Of a stretch of 64,000 nucleotides of DNA, positions 12,701 through 25,429 are shown in pieces. How positions within the stretch are numbered: the stretch's first letter is position 1; every line of letters starts with the position of its first letter. This DNA comes from Takakia lepidozioides (Eukaryota > Plantae > Bryophyta). The position numbers were made by a program, and so were the translations under genes. Where the stretch lies: positions 16,244,001-16,308,000 of the forward strand of contig CM060734.1 of NCBI GenBank assembly GCA_030704615.1, given 5' to 3'. The notes beneath the pieces are model-generated. The model ran no database searches. It had not been told where the DNA came from and was given only the letters and a program-made list of their open reading frames with translations.

Positions 12701-15376
12701 ACCAAATCACTGATTCCTTCCACCTTTGTGCCAAGCTGTATGGTGCTCTTTGGGAACTGATTCAAGTCTTTTACTGTCTGATCTGAGTTCCATATCTCCA
12801 GCCACCTTATTTTTGTTTGTGGGTCGACCATGGATATGGCCAGCCGGTGCAATTTCTCCTGCTGCATCTCCGGATGCACATGCTTGTCATAGTGAGATTT
12901 GATCTGCTGAAGGAACTCAGAACCAAGTCCAGGATCTACTATTCTAAGCTGCTTTCCGAAGGCGGACATCAATTTGGTTCTTCGCATTTCAAACTCCTTT
13001 TTTACTGCTGCTTCCACACCCTTTGATGTCCTTAGTTCCTCTGGTGTAGTGCGGTAATATTCGGATTTTCCCTTCTCAGCTGCCTCTGCCAGTTCTTGCT
13101 GCATTGATTCAAATAGTGATAGCACCGAAGGGACTACAAACATGTATTCAAAAAGTAAACTGAGTACAGACTCGGGCTTACCGCATACATGTACTCCAAA
13201 AACGCCTCTCGAGTCAAAGAATACCAAGTGCCTGCAGCTCTTCATGTTTCGCACTTCTTGATTATATTGGGGGGGAGTACTGTCCAAAAATCATCCAGCT
13301 TCATCAGACCAATCCTCTGAATTCGGAATAGTGTGTGGACCAAGCTTGTTGTCATATGCGATTTCTCTGTCGATCTGCAAAAACATTGGAAACATTGCAT
13401 TCCTTAACACTGTTTTTTTGGGATTAACAAGACACTACAGAGGGAATGAAGTCTCTAGGATGACTTACTTGTTCACGTCGTGCATAGCTGTAAGAAGCCT
13501 AGCGATGTCGTTTCCTGGATCCAAAACCATTGCCTCCACAACAACATGCTTGTCTTTGTCTTTCACATGGTGTTTCTGGATGTATCCCATCCATGCCAGC
13601 AATCGGTGGTTGCCGTCCCAGACGTAGAACATGTGGTTGCAGAATTGTTGGGTGTTCTTTCCTATCATGAGGCCCAGCTCGAACTCCTCATTAGCATCTT
13701 TCCAGCACTCATCCCAGGTATCACTGATCTCTGGAGACACTAATGTATTTTTCCCATTTATATCCGTCAGTGACACATAAAAAACTTGTGCACCAAGTCT
13801 GTATCCATGCACGAAATCACTCTCCAATTTTGTTATGTCATGGGAAAGAGGTGGACGCACAACAGGCATAGATATCATCCGGCACAGAGGGATGTCCAAA
13901 CGCCCTCCAGATACGAGCATGTCCCTTATAACCTCCTGAGAGTTTACCTTCTAGAATGACATGAGTTCTTTCACCTTGTCAAGGTAGTGCACTTCAGATT
14001 CATCTGCTTCATCGTTATTCTCTGAGCTTTTTCCAGACTCGTCCCCATCTCCAGATCCTTTCCCCTCTGATCCTGTAGAGCTTGGACCTCACAGTTTTCT
14101 GCACAGATGCCATTCAAATCTGACTGAGTAATGTGCAAATAGTGAACGGCGGTAACAACCATCACTCTGTCTCGACGAAACTCACAATGAATGGTGTGAA
14201 ACAAATTCAGAACCATCTACACAAGCAAAGCTGATCCTGCCGAATTCAAAACAAAACACTATGATTCTAGGGGACACAGGAACAAAAAGGTTTTGAGCAA
14301 GAGCGAACGGCGTACGACAATCACAAAAGACCAGGACCTGCCGGATCGGTGTTGTGCAATGACATATAGTGTAAGTGATTGGCGGGCAACAGTATAGTTT
14401 AGGGCGGACAGTAAGTTGCAGATTTTCAGATTGACTCCATTGTGATGAACGTCGCAAGCATTCACTGTTTCTTGTCTATGTCAAGAGTACTTTCCAATCG
14501 ATACTCTACCTGAATCTACAGTATTGTCTTCAATCTTTGATTGGTGGTACCGCCTTTCCACTTCTCTATCTGTTCAACCTCAAACAAAGAACATGCATTG
14601 CAATACATTATGACTGAATATTGCCGACTCTCACTCTCTCTTCAAACACATAGGTACATAAATCTCATGAGGAGAATCGAAATGGCGTAACGACGCTCGC
14701 AATTCAGTATACTCAATCACATGTTCCTGCTAAAGAAGGGAAGAGGAAGGACTGCTTGGAAAGGCAATCAGACAGACTGTATGATCTGAACAACAGTGAA
14801 TGACGTACCGTCAGTCACCCACTCATTGTGCGGTAAACCCTTAACAGAGAGTAGAAAGCAAATCACGTTTGTTTCATGTGTTCGGTGGCGGTAGCGACAA
14901 TCCCTTTCTGGGACATTCCACTCAATCTCTACGCAGATCTTCAACAATGAAATGTAAGTTAGAGAAAACTTACTGGCGCCTTCTTAGGTTTTGAAATTGG
15001 ATCCCCTTCTGCAGCTTCCTCTCCCTCTCACATCTGCTGGAATTTATGTCTGCTCTAGGGTTTCTGGACCTTCTCCCGGTTCAGCGTTCCTCGTACTTCA
15101 ACCTCCTTCAGTTTCCCTGCGAGTCATCTCTGCATCCACAGGCTGGTTTCCAACGCGCACTGTTATCGCCGACTGTGTCACAGCCGCTGCCTCAGTCTCG
15201 GTCTGCTCTTGTGAATCAGTCTCCGCGTTCACCTGCTTGCCTTGGCCTGTGTTCTCCAACAAACGACGCCTCGTCATTTGCTCTCTTGCTCTGCGTCTCT
15301 CTCTAAGGGAAGTAAAATAAAGAGACTTTCTTCTCTTTCGTATTGTAGAAGGAACCCTCTCCAGCTTGACTACCAC
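9800..15376 (-). pseudogene. Multi-exon gene: N-terminal ParB/Sulfiredoxin-like domain plus C-terminal beta-class N6-adenine/N4-cytosine DNA methyltransferase-like domain; 3'-truncated
   Basis: 13465..13920: VRP..DITKLESDF..FYVWDGNHRLLAW (ParB/Srx DGxHR). ~10250-10590: ADIVILDIPDG..WN..FLSNAGTLLLF (motif IV-VI-like). ~9800-10024: PWRGAKEKSPAFMQILLESCS (motif X-like). GT-AG introns (donors ~14973, 13468, ~10249; acceptors ~14099, ~13376, ~10025). In-frame stops near 13951 and 14090. Confidence 0.7.
11480..12290. repeat. Intronic tandem repeat, ~105-bp subunit within a ~320-bp unit
   Basis: GTGAATGTCGTCAACG(A/C)CATTCA recurs about 8 times at ~105-bp spacing. Confidence 0.75.
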
Positions 15377-16129
15377 TCTCCCTCTAAGCGCGAAAAGTAG
15401 AAAAACGAAGTGACTCCCGATTTCTTGCGGGATTGCGTGCGTTGTTGCTTGTCTCTAGAAGCATCGGATTCCCTCTCGCGTGACCGTTACACATAGTCGT
15501 TCCCCTTATTAGTGCACATGCCAGCAATTAGTGTACAACAGTTCGTATTCAGTTATCGATGTCTGACGTGTGTCGCCCAAAATAAACGGTGTGTTCTTTA
15601 TTAGAACGGTTTCAATATTTAAAAATAACAACGAATCCCAGAAATCTTGGCGCACAGTCTTAGACAAATATATGTAAATGAACGAGAGTTTGATGACAAA
15701 TTTTGGATATCATACACGGTCATCCTTGTTAGCCAACCCCCGTTCGTTTCACATTTTGAACTTTCCAGGTGCACATGATCATTGGTAGTAGTATTAAGAT
15801 ACATTTACTTAATCTGCAATCCCACCCTTAGATCCTGTGGCATGCTTCCAGGAAGTCGGCTTGTTATTGTGTTTATTGATGAGGTTCTGATTAACGGTTT
15901 AACAGCTGCCGACATTGCTCCTAGGGATACTCTGACCACTGGGCCCACAAGAAAAATAATTAAAATGAACGGCTGCATATCTGGGGAATAACAGAATATG
16001 CACAGTCGTCGTCTGAGCTTCCTCCGCCATATTCTCTGCTCATTCTTCAACTGTGTTCTGGAGACATCAGTAAACCGATTTACACTAAAGGTCTACGATA
16101 GCAAGGTATCAACGTACGCGAGGAAAGAA

Positions 16130-18704
16130 GATGACTTCCTCTGAAGCGGAGTTCTTCTCTGACGACAACCAGTGCCGTTCTCCCAGGAAGTCCTTGACAA
16201 TGGATTTGCAATTGTTCTGGAACATGTCTTGGCTACCCGTTTTCAGCTTTAGAATGGCTCCATCTTTTTGGAGAAAGAGGTGTATGATTTGAAAGGGAAG
16301 TTGCTGAAATACTCTTTCCAAAACCGTGATGAGACGGCTCATGTCAGCCAGTGGAGAGTGCGTCCTGGTCGATACAGAGTACTTGGAGAGCCTCGGCGAA
16401 AGTCCCTTGGGTCATATGTGACGCCGGGACTGCTGCTTCGGTCGTTGAAGACAAGAGGGAGGTGGTGGTGAAAAAGAACAGACGTCCTCACTCCAATCGT
16501 TGAGCTTTCGGATTCGTCCGATGATGACATGAGTGAAACTCCAAATCCAGTCCTTCCTACTGTGGTTGGGAGAAGTTGATGAAGAAGAGATTTGTAGTGT
16601 CATTCCAAAACTACGGGCGATGGAGAGAATGGCTGGATTCAAAAGTGAGTTGCGAGGAATTGATTGGGAATCTTTGAAGCAGGTGCCTGTGAAGTTCTTG
16701 CCAGAGACTTTTGATGGCGATATCCTATTCGAGCTGCCTCCTCCTCCGCGAGTTTGGAGGTGTAACAATCATGATGCATGGAATGGACAAGAAACACGAC
16801 GGGCACCCGTGGTGCAGAACAAAAACATCCAATATTCAGAATGATGACAAGCTTGTTTTCAGGGAGAAACAGTTTGCAATGGACACCTTAGGTGTGATAA
16901 TTTGAATTGCAGACACTTTCTTCAGTCTGGGTCATAATCAAAGCGAATGGGAGGTCTGGCGGAAATCCATTTCAGCCTGGGACTGCCCCACCACCGGCAA
17001 ACACTTTCGTCTGCAAATCTGCAAACTTTGCCATCCTGCTTGGCGCTCTGCAGAGCAAGAATGTACTATGTTGTCCACCGTTTGAAAACAAATGACAAGA
17101 GCTTGTGTGCATTTCGGATTCCATAACCATCCTGTCTCGAAGGGGGATTGCAGGGAGAGTGTTGAGACAGTATTGAGGTTGATTAAACAAGAGTTCGGGA
17201 GAAACCCATCCGTAACAACATCTGCAATTGCTCTTGGCGCAAGCAAGTCCTTCTTGGAAAGCCATATTTTGAGTGAAGGGATTCTGTGGGGACTAAACTT
17301 GACGGTGTAGCATTGGACCTGGTCATGGATCATTTCTCCACTTTGAGTTCACCTAACATTCGGCATCAGATCAATGCATTAAGAATGGGCTCTGGTATCA
17401 GAAGCTACATAGACAACATTTTGGAGTTGAAACGAGTGAGCAAGTACGATTACATCCAGGACAATGTATTCCCAGGTCAAGGTGCCATCAAAGTTTTTTT
17501 TTTCAAAATGTCGACTGTTGGGGAGGGCAGTGGGGTTAGCCTCGTGAAGCAGATGCAGAAGACTGGGGACTTGCATAACTGTTTTCTTATGTTTGATCAT
17601 GTGAAACAAGTGAAGGATTGGACGACAATGGCTTGTCATGTCTACGATCCAGTGTACCAACGAGTTATGACAATTGCAGTTTGTGACATGCAATCCGAGG
17701 ATACAGAATCCCAGAAGCTCATGTGGAATTCCCTGATACGTGTCATGGGTTGCCATGGGCTGCCATCTCCAAATTTTGCAGGTTTCATGGCGGATAGTGC
17801 TCAAGCAAATTTCAATGCTGTTTGTATTGTCTTCGGATCGGGCGACCCAAAAGTGCCAATGCGAGGAAGAGAGCGTACATGTCTATTCCATTGGACACAA
17901 TCTCTGGAAAAACATACAAAGTCAGATATCAAACCAGAGATGCAGACTCAGCACCATAAATTGTGCAAAGAGTACAAAGATGCTAGAACATTGAAGGAGG
18001 CGGACACTTTGTTCAGACAATTCGTGCCTGGTGGTTCTCTTCTGGAGCTGCATCACTTGAGAGTATGAGAGCATTGGAAGATTGGCTGGCGTTTTGGCAC
18101 TTCCGTATAGACAGTGGGGAGCAGCCATGGCAGTGGTACGAGGCTTATATTTCTTGCTTTATTCATACATTTACTTTCCATTTTATTGTCTCATCACTTT
18201 CTTTATGTTGTTTTCTGTTCACTGTTTTGAAGTGTGGTTCTCCACTTTGCAAACATGTCCATTGAGGAAATGGCGGACATGCCATCTTGCAATTGGCAGA
18301 AACTGTGCACAACGCATGGTTGCAGCAGTCAGTCTGGGAAACGAGGTCGGGATTTGTATGTGGCAACAACAGATGATTTGATACGTGCCTTGCAACAACA
18401 AACCCGATACCGTGATTTCTTGCGAGGTGGGGTTGGTGGCAAGGGTCCGGACAATATTGCGTGCTGCAAAAGATCTGGGATCAATCAAGATAGCACGGGC
18501 GGTGAGCATGTATGCCAGGGAACGCACTTGTTTCTAGAGTTCCACATCTTGAAGGGGATGAGAGATTCGGCTCCTGTAAGAGGAAATGGAACACTCCACC
18601 TGGTTCGGATCCGATTCGCCACAGGGCAGACTGTGATAACTTCTCGAAGCCTCGTGTTTCCCTGCATGACAGCTCCATGTCCGGAACCTCCATTGTGGAA
18701 GAAC
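16130..18704 (+). pseudogene. Mutator-like (MULE) transposase with GCM-like Zn domain, N-terminal part; interrupted by the Gypsy insertion
   Basis: GMDKKHDGHPWC..CNGHLRC..HNHP (GCM/WRKY-like), FDH (D1), FMADSAQAN (D2), CLFHW (CxxH), AETVH (E). Removing 18705-30785 restores the frame IVEE-PPTRRQ. Confidence 0.8.
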
Positions 18705-19016
18705 TGTCAAGTTATTTTACCACTAGTGTGAAACTAGCTAGGAAATAGCTATCTTTTACATATTGACATTTGGGATTGGCCCAAGTGTCAATCCAGGGGT
18801 CAAGGCAGATTTAGGCCCTGGACGGCAAGCGCGGGAGGCTCATCTTTCTCGAGTTGAGCCTCACCGCGCCTAGCTATGGCGCCGTAGTGTGGATTCCCCA
18901 TGGCGTGGGGTGCACTTGGCTTGACTTGTATTTGAGTGATGAGGTTATATGCATGAGTTTATGCTTCAGCTTTGTGAGCTCGCATGAGCTCGTGCTTGTA
19001 TTCTTCTTCTTTATCA
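18705..19016 (+). repeat. Terminal repeat A1
   Basis: Matches 30266-30592 except for a 13-bp (GTGGTTATCTTCA) and a 2-bp indel. Confidence 0.92.
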
Positions 19017-20549
19017 CTCGAGAAAGATCAGCTCGTATCTATGAGTGCTAGATACGAGTTAGTTGTAGCACTTGTGGTTTTTGCTTGAGAATGAGAGAAA
19101 CCAAGTTGTTATGCAAGGAGCACCGTGGAGCTCTTGGTTGTTAGAAGCAGGAGGCGATGTGGGTTACGAGGTGGTAAACCTTGGCATTCGATCTTCAGCT
19201 TCAGAGATGAAAGCACCATACTGTAGGTAATTCCAGAGCACCTTGATGGTTTCAGATTGTGTACATGCATGAGCAAGCACGATTGGGAAGAGGACCAGTC
19301 AAGAGCAGGTTATAGTGGCTTTGGTGGCAAAGCTGAGAACTGGACTTGGGAATGCGAGCTGTCATTGTGTGAAGGATTGCAAGACCAAGCGAAAGGGCTG
19401 ATTTGGCTTGGGGCAAATCAGTGCACTTTGTGGAGTATGGTGAGATTGGGTTTCAATCTCGAGCTTCAGCATTGAGAGGCTCTTGTCATGGCAAGAGCAG
19501 GGCTGGAACAGGAGCTAAGAGGTGCGGCAAGGCCATGGAATGTGCACCTAGGGTTTCAGAGCTTGGAAGAAGAGCTCTTGCACCACAAGAGAAGTGTCTT
19601 GTGGCTGGAAATGTAAGCCTTAGGGTTTCAGGAGCTTGGCAAAGGCTATGGAGTGCTTAGTCTTGTCTTAGAGAGCATCAAGGAGCCAAGGAGCCAAGAT
19701 AGGGGCTGATATCTCTTGTGTGAAGAGGTTGCATGTGTGGAGCATGTATTCAACTCATTGAAGCTTCCATCTTCAAGCTTGGAGGGCAAGCAAGGAAGAG
19801 TGGGAAGGGCTAACTTCCCTTATGTGAGGGCAATGCATGTGTGGAGCATGCTATCAGCCTGGTGAAGGCTTGCACTTTTAGGTGTGGGAGTGCAAGGAAT
19901 GAAGGAAGGGGCTGGTTTCCCTGTAGGGCATGTAGAGCATGCTTTCAGCCTGCTGAAGCTTGTATTTTCAGGTTGTGGGTGCAAGAAATGAAGCAAAGGA
20001 GCTGATTCTCTTATGGTGAGAGTGGGGCATGTGTGGAGCATGCCTTCAGCCCATTGAGGCTCTTGTTTTCAAGCCTTAGAGAGCTAGAACGGAAGGTCTA
20101 GGGCTGGTTTCCACTTGGAGTGAAAGAACAGCACTTGTAGGGCCTATGTGAGTTGGGGTTTCAACTTCAAGCTTGAAGGGAGCGCAACTCTTGAAGCAAC
20201 AGGTGTAGAGGGCTGGAATAGCTCTAAGACAGATGCTATGGCCAATGAGGGGAGTGCTTGAATGAGTGCTCACAAGGGCTGGGAACCAGCAGGGCTTGGT
20301 TGTTTGCCATTGAGTTTAGTGGCGTGTTTGGGGAGGCTAAGTGAGAGAAGGCTTGGTTTGTGGCAACCACCTCATGGCTTAGGGCTACTATGGTGGTGTG
20401 TGGGAGCCGAAAGAGCAAGGATACCTTGCTGATTTCCTCACAGCCACCATAGCTCGGTGGAAAGAAGCCTAGAGTCCAAGAGACACAAACCCTAGCTTGG
20501 CGTGGCTAAAACCCCTTGGAGAAATGGCTAACTGCCAGAGCGGCCATGT

Positions 20550-21795
20550 GTGGGGCTGTGACAGGCTGTGGCAAGCTGTGACGGGCTTGCTGTGGCAAGC
20601 TGTGACAGGCTGTGCCATGTGATGGCTGTCAGCTGTGACGGGCTGTGCCCAGTGGCTTTGGGCTGTGACGGGCTGTGCGGGGCTGTGACGGGCTGTGCCC
20701 TGAGGCCTGTGGGGCTGTGATGGGCTGTGACAGGCTGTGCCCAGTGGCCTGTGGGGCTGTGACGGGCTGTGAGGGCCCTGTGGCTGTGTGGGCTGTGATG
20801 GGCTGTGACAGGCTGTGCCCTGTGCCCTGTGGGGCTGTGACGGGCTGTGACAGGCTGTGCCTGAGGCCTTGGGGCTGTGACGGGCTGTGAGGGGCTGTGA
20901 CATGCTGTGCCCTGTGCCTGTGGGGCTGTGACGGGCTGTGTCAGGCTGTGCGAGCTGTGACGGGCTGTGCGGGGGCTGTGACAGGCTGTGCCCTGAGGCC
21001 TATGGGCTGTGACGGGGCTGTGACAGGCTGTGGCGAGCTGTGACAGGCTGTGCCCATGGCCTTTGGGGCTGTGACGGGCTGTGAGGGGCTGTGACAGGCC
21101 GTGCCTGAGGCCTTGAGGCTGTGACGGGCTGTGAGGGGCTGTGACAGGCCGTGCCCATGGCCTTTGGGGCTGTGACGGGCTGTGAGGGGCTGTGACAGGC
21201 CGTGCCTGGGGCCTTTGGGGCTGTGAGGGGCTGTGAGGGGCTGTGACAGGCCGTGCCATGGCCTTTGGGGCTGTGACGGGCTGTGAGGGGCTGTGACAGG
21301 CCGTGCCTGAGGCCTTTGAGGCTGTGAGGGGCTGTGAGGGGCTGTGACAGGCCGTGCCCTAGGCCTTTGAGGCTGTGACGGGCTGTGATGGGCTGTGGCA
21401 AGCTGTGACAGGCTGTGATGGGCTGTGATGGGCTGTGACAGGCTGTGCCCTGTGCCCTGTGAGGCTGTGAGGGGCTGTGACAGGCCGTGCCCATGGCCTT
21501 TGGGGCTATGTGGGATGTGAGGGGCTGTGACAGGCCGTGCCCATGGCCTTTGGGGCTGTGAGGGGCTGTGAGGGGCTGTGACAGGCCGTGCCTGAGGCCT
21601 TTGGGGCTGTGACGGGCTGTGAGGGGCTGTGACAGGCCGTGCCTGAGGCCTTTGAGGCTGTGAGGGGCTGTGAGGGGTGTGACAGGCCGTGCCTGAGGCC
21701 TTTGAGGCTGTGACGGCTGTGAGGGGCTGTGACAGGCTGTGCCCAGTGGCCTGTGGGACTGTGACGGCTGTGACCAGTGAGCTGTGTGGGCTGTG
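20550..21795. repeat. GGCTGTGA minisatellite (10-bp unit, ~50-bp higher-order unit) in the element's long 5' leader
   Basis: About 1.25 kb of GGCTGTGAC/GGGCTGTGAG with recurring GGCCTTTGGGGCTGTGAC. Confidence 0.92.
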
Positions 21796-22512
21796 CTGGT
21801 CTGTGGTGGCCCGTGTTGACCTGTGGACGGCTTGTGCTGACTCGTGGAGGCACTGGTGGACTGCCTAAGGACTGGCATGTGGTCTGGAAGGCCGAATTTT
21901 GAAGCTCGTGGAGGGCGGTTTGAGGAGTATCTTCATGATATTCCCATGGTCATGCAAGTGAGGATAGAGAGGAGAGGCAGAGTGTTGGGATGAGAGCATG
22001 CTGGGGTTAGGCATTGCTTTAGCTTCTCTTCCTCGTAGTTTCCACCCTCTCATTAGGCCAAGACCTTTCCGTAGGTGGAGGCAAGAGTCAGTCCGGGTTT
22101 GGGCTGGGGTGTCCTTGCAGGAGCAACACCGTGGAGTTGTTTTTGGTGTGGGGGAGTTGTGTCGTTCTGATTTCTTGTGTTTGGATCCCCTCCATACCTG
22201 CATGCTTGACTGTGCGCCATGCTAGTTTTGTGTGGGCGCTTGTTTTTATAGGTGATTGGTCCGGATTTGATCACCGGCCAGTCCTAGAGCATGCTGTCGA
22301 TGGTGAGGCTGGGGTGATGACCAGCCAGACCATCATTGTTTCTCCTGTGGTGAGGTTGGAGGTGATGACCAGCCAACCATAGGAGTGCTTGTGGTGGATG
22401 CAGGTACAGGTGTAGGCTATGTTAGGAACTTAGTATTCCAAACCATAAGCCGCAACAGGTTCTCTACCCGGTTACCTTGTGAAGAGGGGGTTAGGGACAT
22501 GTTCATGACCGG

Positions 22513-25070
22513 TTGAGTGTCAACACGGAGGTGCCACTAGTTGCTGGGGACAGTGCCGGTTCGAGCACTAGCGATACTAGTGGGTACACGAGACGAGGTG
22601 TGCGGTTTAGGCCACCTTCACCTCCTGTGTCTTCCACGGAAGTTTCTGATTCGGATTGTGAATCAGGAGGGCTCATACCGGCGGTGCAAGTTGTTTCTTT
22701 GCCATTGTTGTGGGACACAATGGAGGAGATGTATGGAGCTACCAAGGGGCCACGAAGGTACTCTGGGGCGGTGGGCACCATCGAGTTGGATGATTTTATC
22801 CAAGAGTTTGATAGTTGGTGTGATTTGCAGCAAATGCGCAATCCACAACTATTTACGCCTTTCATGGCATGGAAGGGGCTGTTTCAGCACCTTGAGGGGC
22901 CGCCTATGGATGATTACCATGAGTTCAGGCGGGGGCATGAGGTTGAGATCGAGGAGTGGAGGATGTACTGGTCACCCGACTATGTCTCCATCACTAGGGG
23001 CACTAGAGCCACGAGGGCAGTGGCTACACCTGCCGCTGCACCGGCAGCTTCAGCAAGTAGCAGTGGGACTGGTGGTACAGTAGCTACGACATCCACCCAA
23101 GCCACTACCGCACCAGCACTAGCACCCGTGCCTGCCTTCAACCCTGTTGTGGAGTTCTTCGAAGAGTTGAGAGGGAACTACCAAGGGGTGAGGACAGAGA
23201 AGTTGCGGAGCTTGCAAGAGTTCCAACGGAAGCCGACCGAGAGCTTGAGAGAGGCTTTCACTCGCATGAGGCGCTTGATAAATGTAACCCAAGGGGTTAC
23301 GGAAGCTCAGGCAGTCCAATTCTGGTATGGGATATTGGACAAGGAGCTGAGGAGAAGGGTGCGGGATGCAACTCTCCTACAAGCGGCCCAACCCACCTTA
23401 GCAAATGTGTTTTTGCTGGCAGAGCGGATAGAGCTCAACATGGTGGAGGAACGAGTGGTCATGGTGGGATTTGCTAAGGAGACACCACGGGGTAGTGGTG
23501 CTCCTAGCCAACCACTACCTCAACGTGCTCAAGGCAACAAGGGGGCTCAGGTGAAGCTCAGGGAAGGGCAGAGAGGACCTCAGATGCAGGGGTCTCTCCC
23601 TTCATTTGCTGGCCAACAACGGGCGGATGTGGTGTGCTGGACATGTGGAGGACCCCATGTCAAGAAGATTGTCCAGAGGGAGGCAAAGGGTCGGCACATG
23701 CACAGCCTGCACAGTTACAGTGTGGGCATTGTGGCAAACACGGGCATGGAGAGGCTCAGTGTTATGGTTTGCATCCTGAGTTGCGCCCAGGCCAGTTCCA
23801 AGGGAACAATGGTGGCCGGGGGCGAGGTGGAGCAGCCCAGAGAGGACGAGGTGGCCAGCCACGAGGTGCAGGCCAAGGGCAAGCTCAACGTGGCCAAGGA
23901 CGCGGAGGTCAGGGTGTTGACCAAGGCATGGCCAACCGCTTCAGCAGCTAGAGCAGAGGCTCGCTGCCATGGCTACAGCTCAGGTGGTACCGGCTCTAAG
24001 GCCGGATGGTCCACCTCCTGCTCCTGAGGGAGGAGATATGGGAGGCATGGGATTCATGTGTGGAGCAGCACTACCACTAGTGCAGGTGGAGTCTGCTGCA
24101 GCCGTGACTCGAGGAGCAGCACGAGTTCCTGAGCCACGAGGTGCAGAGGTGGAGTTGGATCCACAGCGTGGGGAGGCAAGCCGTCAGGCTAGGCTTCCTC
24201 AGTCATTCACATTGGCGGAGACAGTGTCGACGCCATCCATGGCACCTAGTTCTCGCCCGACTGTTACCGAGGCGGAGGTCACTATGCCATTGGGGAGAGC
24301 TACACGGGTAGCACCACTACCTAGTGTTGCCAAGGCTACGGCAGCTAGTGTGCTGCTAGGAGCGGCCACATCTGTGTGCCAGGCTCCATTGTTCTCGGCT
24401 ACCATGATTGCGACGCCGGGGGTAAGACCAGCTGAGGTGTTCAGGCTGGCAGCTACACTCTGTGAGAGTGGGGAGGTTACTTCATCTTCTGCGGAGATAG
24501 TGGGAGGTGTAGTGCCGGAGGGATCCTCGGATTTGAGGGTCAAGACTGCCACGGCGGCGCCATGGCAAGCTGCAGCTGCCAGGTTGATGGAGCTGCCAGC
24601 TAGGCCAGCCATTGAGCGCGCCATGGTGACACCTGGAGTTGTCATGTTAGACAACCAGGATGGCATTTTCTGTTTGAGTGGACCGGCAGGCAAGAGGTAC
24701 CGGCCACTGCGAGTCTTGTTGGACTCGGGAGCTCAGCCACTGATGCTGGGCAGAGCTGCTATTGCAGGCTTGGGCCTCACGGAGGCGGATATGGAGCCTT
24801 GTCCTTTCCAGATACAGACGTCTCTGGGAGGATCGGAGCAGGCTCGGGGCATGACACGGCATGAGTTGGCTATCAGACTACGGCCGGATCACCCTACAGA
24901 TGGCTCAGTGATGCGAGCCAAGGCCATTGTGACAGACGCAGTCTCATACGATGTCCTGGTTGGTGGGGCAGTGTTGTACCCCATGGGCTTCACCCTGGAT
25001 TTTGGGAGGAGTCAGCTTCCTATAGGCCTGCATGGCAGTCAGGGGAGGGCCGGCGTGTGCAGCTCCCTGT
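22513..25070 (+). CDS. gag: Gag (two Zn knuckles) and aspartic protease, frameshifted
   Basis: Retrotrans-gag-like FQRKPTESLREAFTRM. CWTCGGPHVKKDC and CGHCGKHGHGEAQC knuckles. VLLDSGA and YDVLVG protease motifs. Three single-base frameshifts (~23665, ~23945, ~25003). Confidence 0.85.
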
Positions 25071-25429
25071 GACGTTCATAGGAGGAGTTGCGGTTGCCCA
25101 GCGAGGCAAGATGCCGACACTAGCAGCATTCACAGCGGCAGTGAATTGGCCTAGAGAGTTGCTTGAGGGCAATGCTCATTCAGAGGATGTACCACCTTCG
25201 GGAGAGCAGGATGACATGTATGGTATGGCGGAGTTGCCTACCATGGTTGCTCAGACTCCATTGTGGGGCACGAGCAAGGATTTGCAGCGGGATGCTGATC
25301 GACGGGTGCAACAAGCCTGGGTGGAGGCTTTTGTACCGTCAGGAGAGGAGGAGAGTGTGGGGATTGCACCAGGACCACCTCAATTGTCTCCATTGGACAC
25401 CACACCTATTGTGTGGCAGTCTCCGGATG

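Noticed and set aside
15619-16050. Short ORFs between the ParB-MTase gene and the transposase
   Set aside because: No recognisable motifs and no second copy.
18700-18704. 5-bp TSD AGAAC
   Set aside because: The 3' A (30781) is the terminal A of repeat B (present in B1 at 30263), so the TSD is the 4-bp GAAC.
20469-21878. Long minus-strand ORFs (144-292 aa)
   Set aside because: They are translations of the GGCTGTGA minisatellite, open in several frames.
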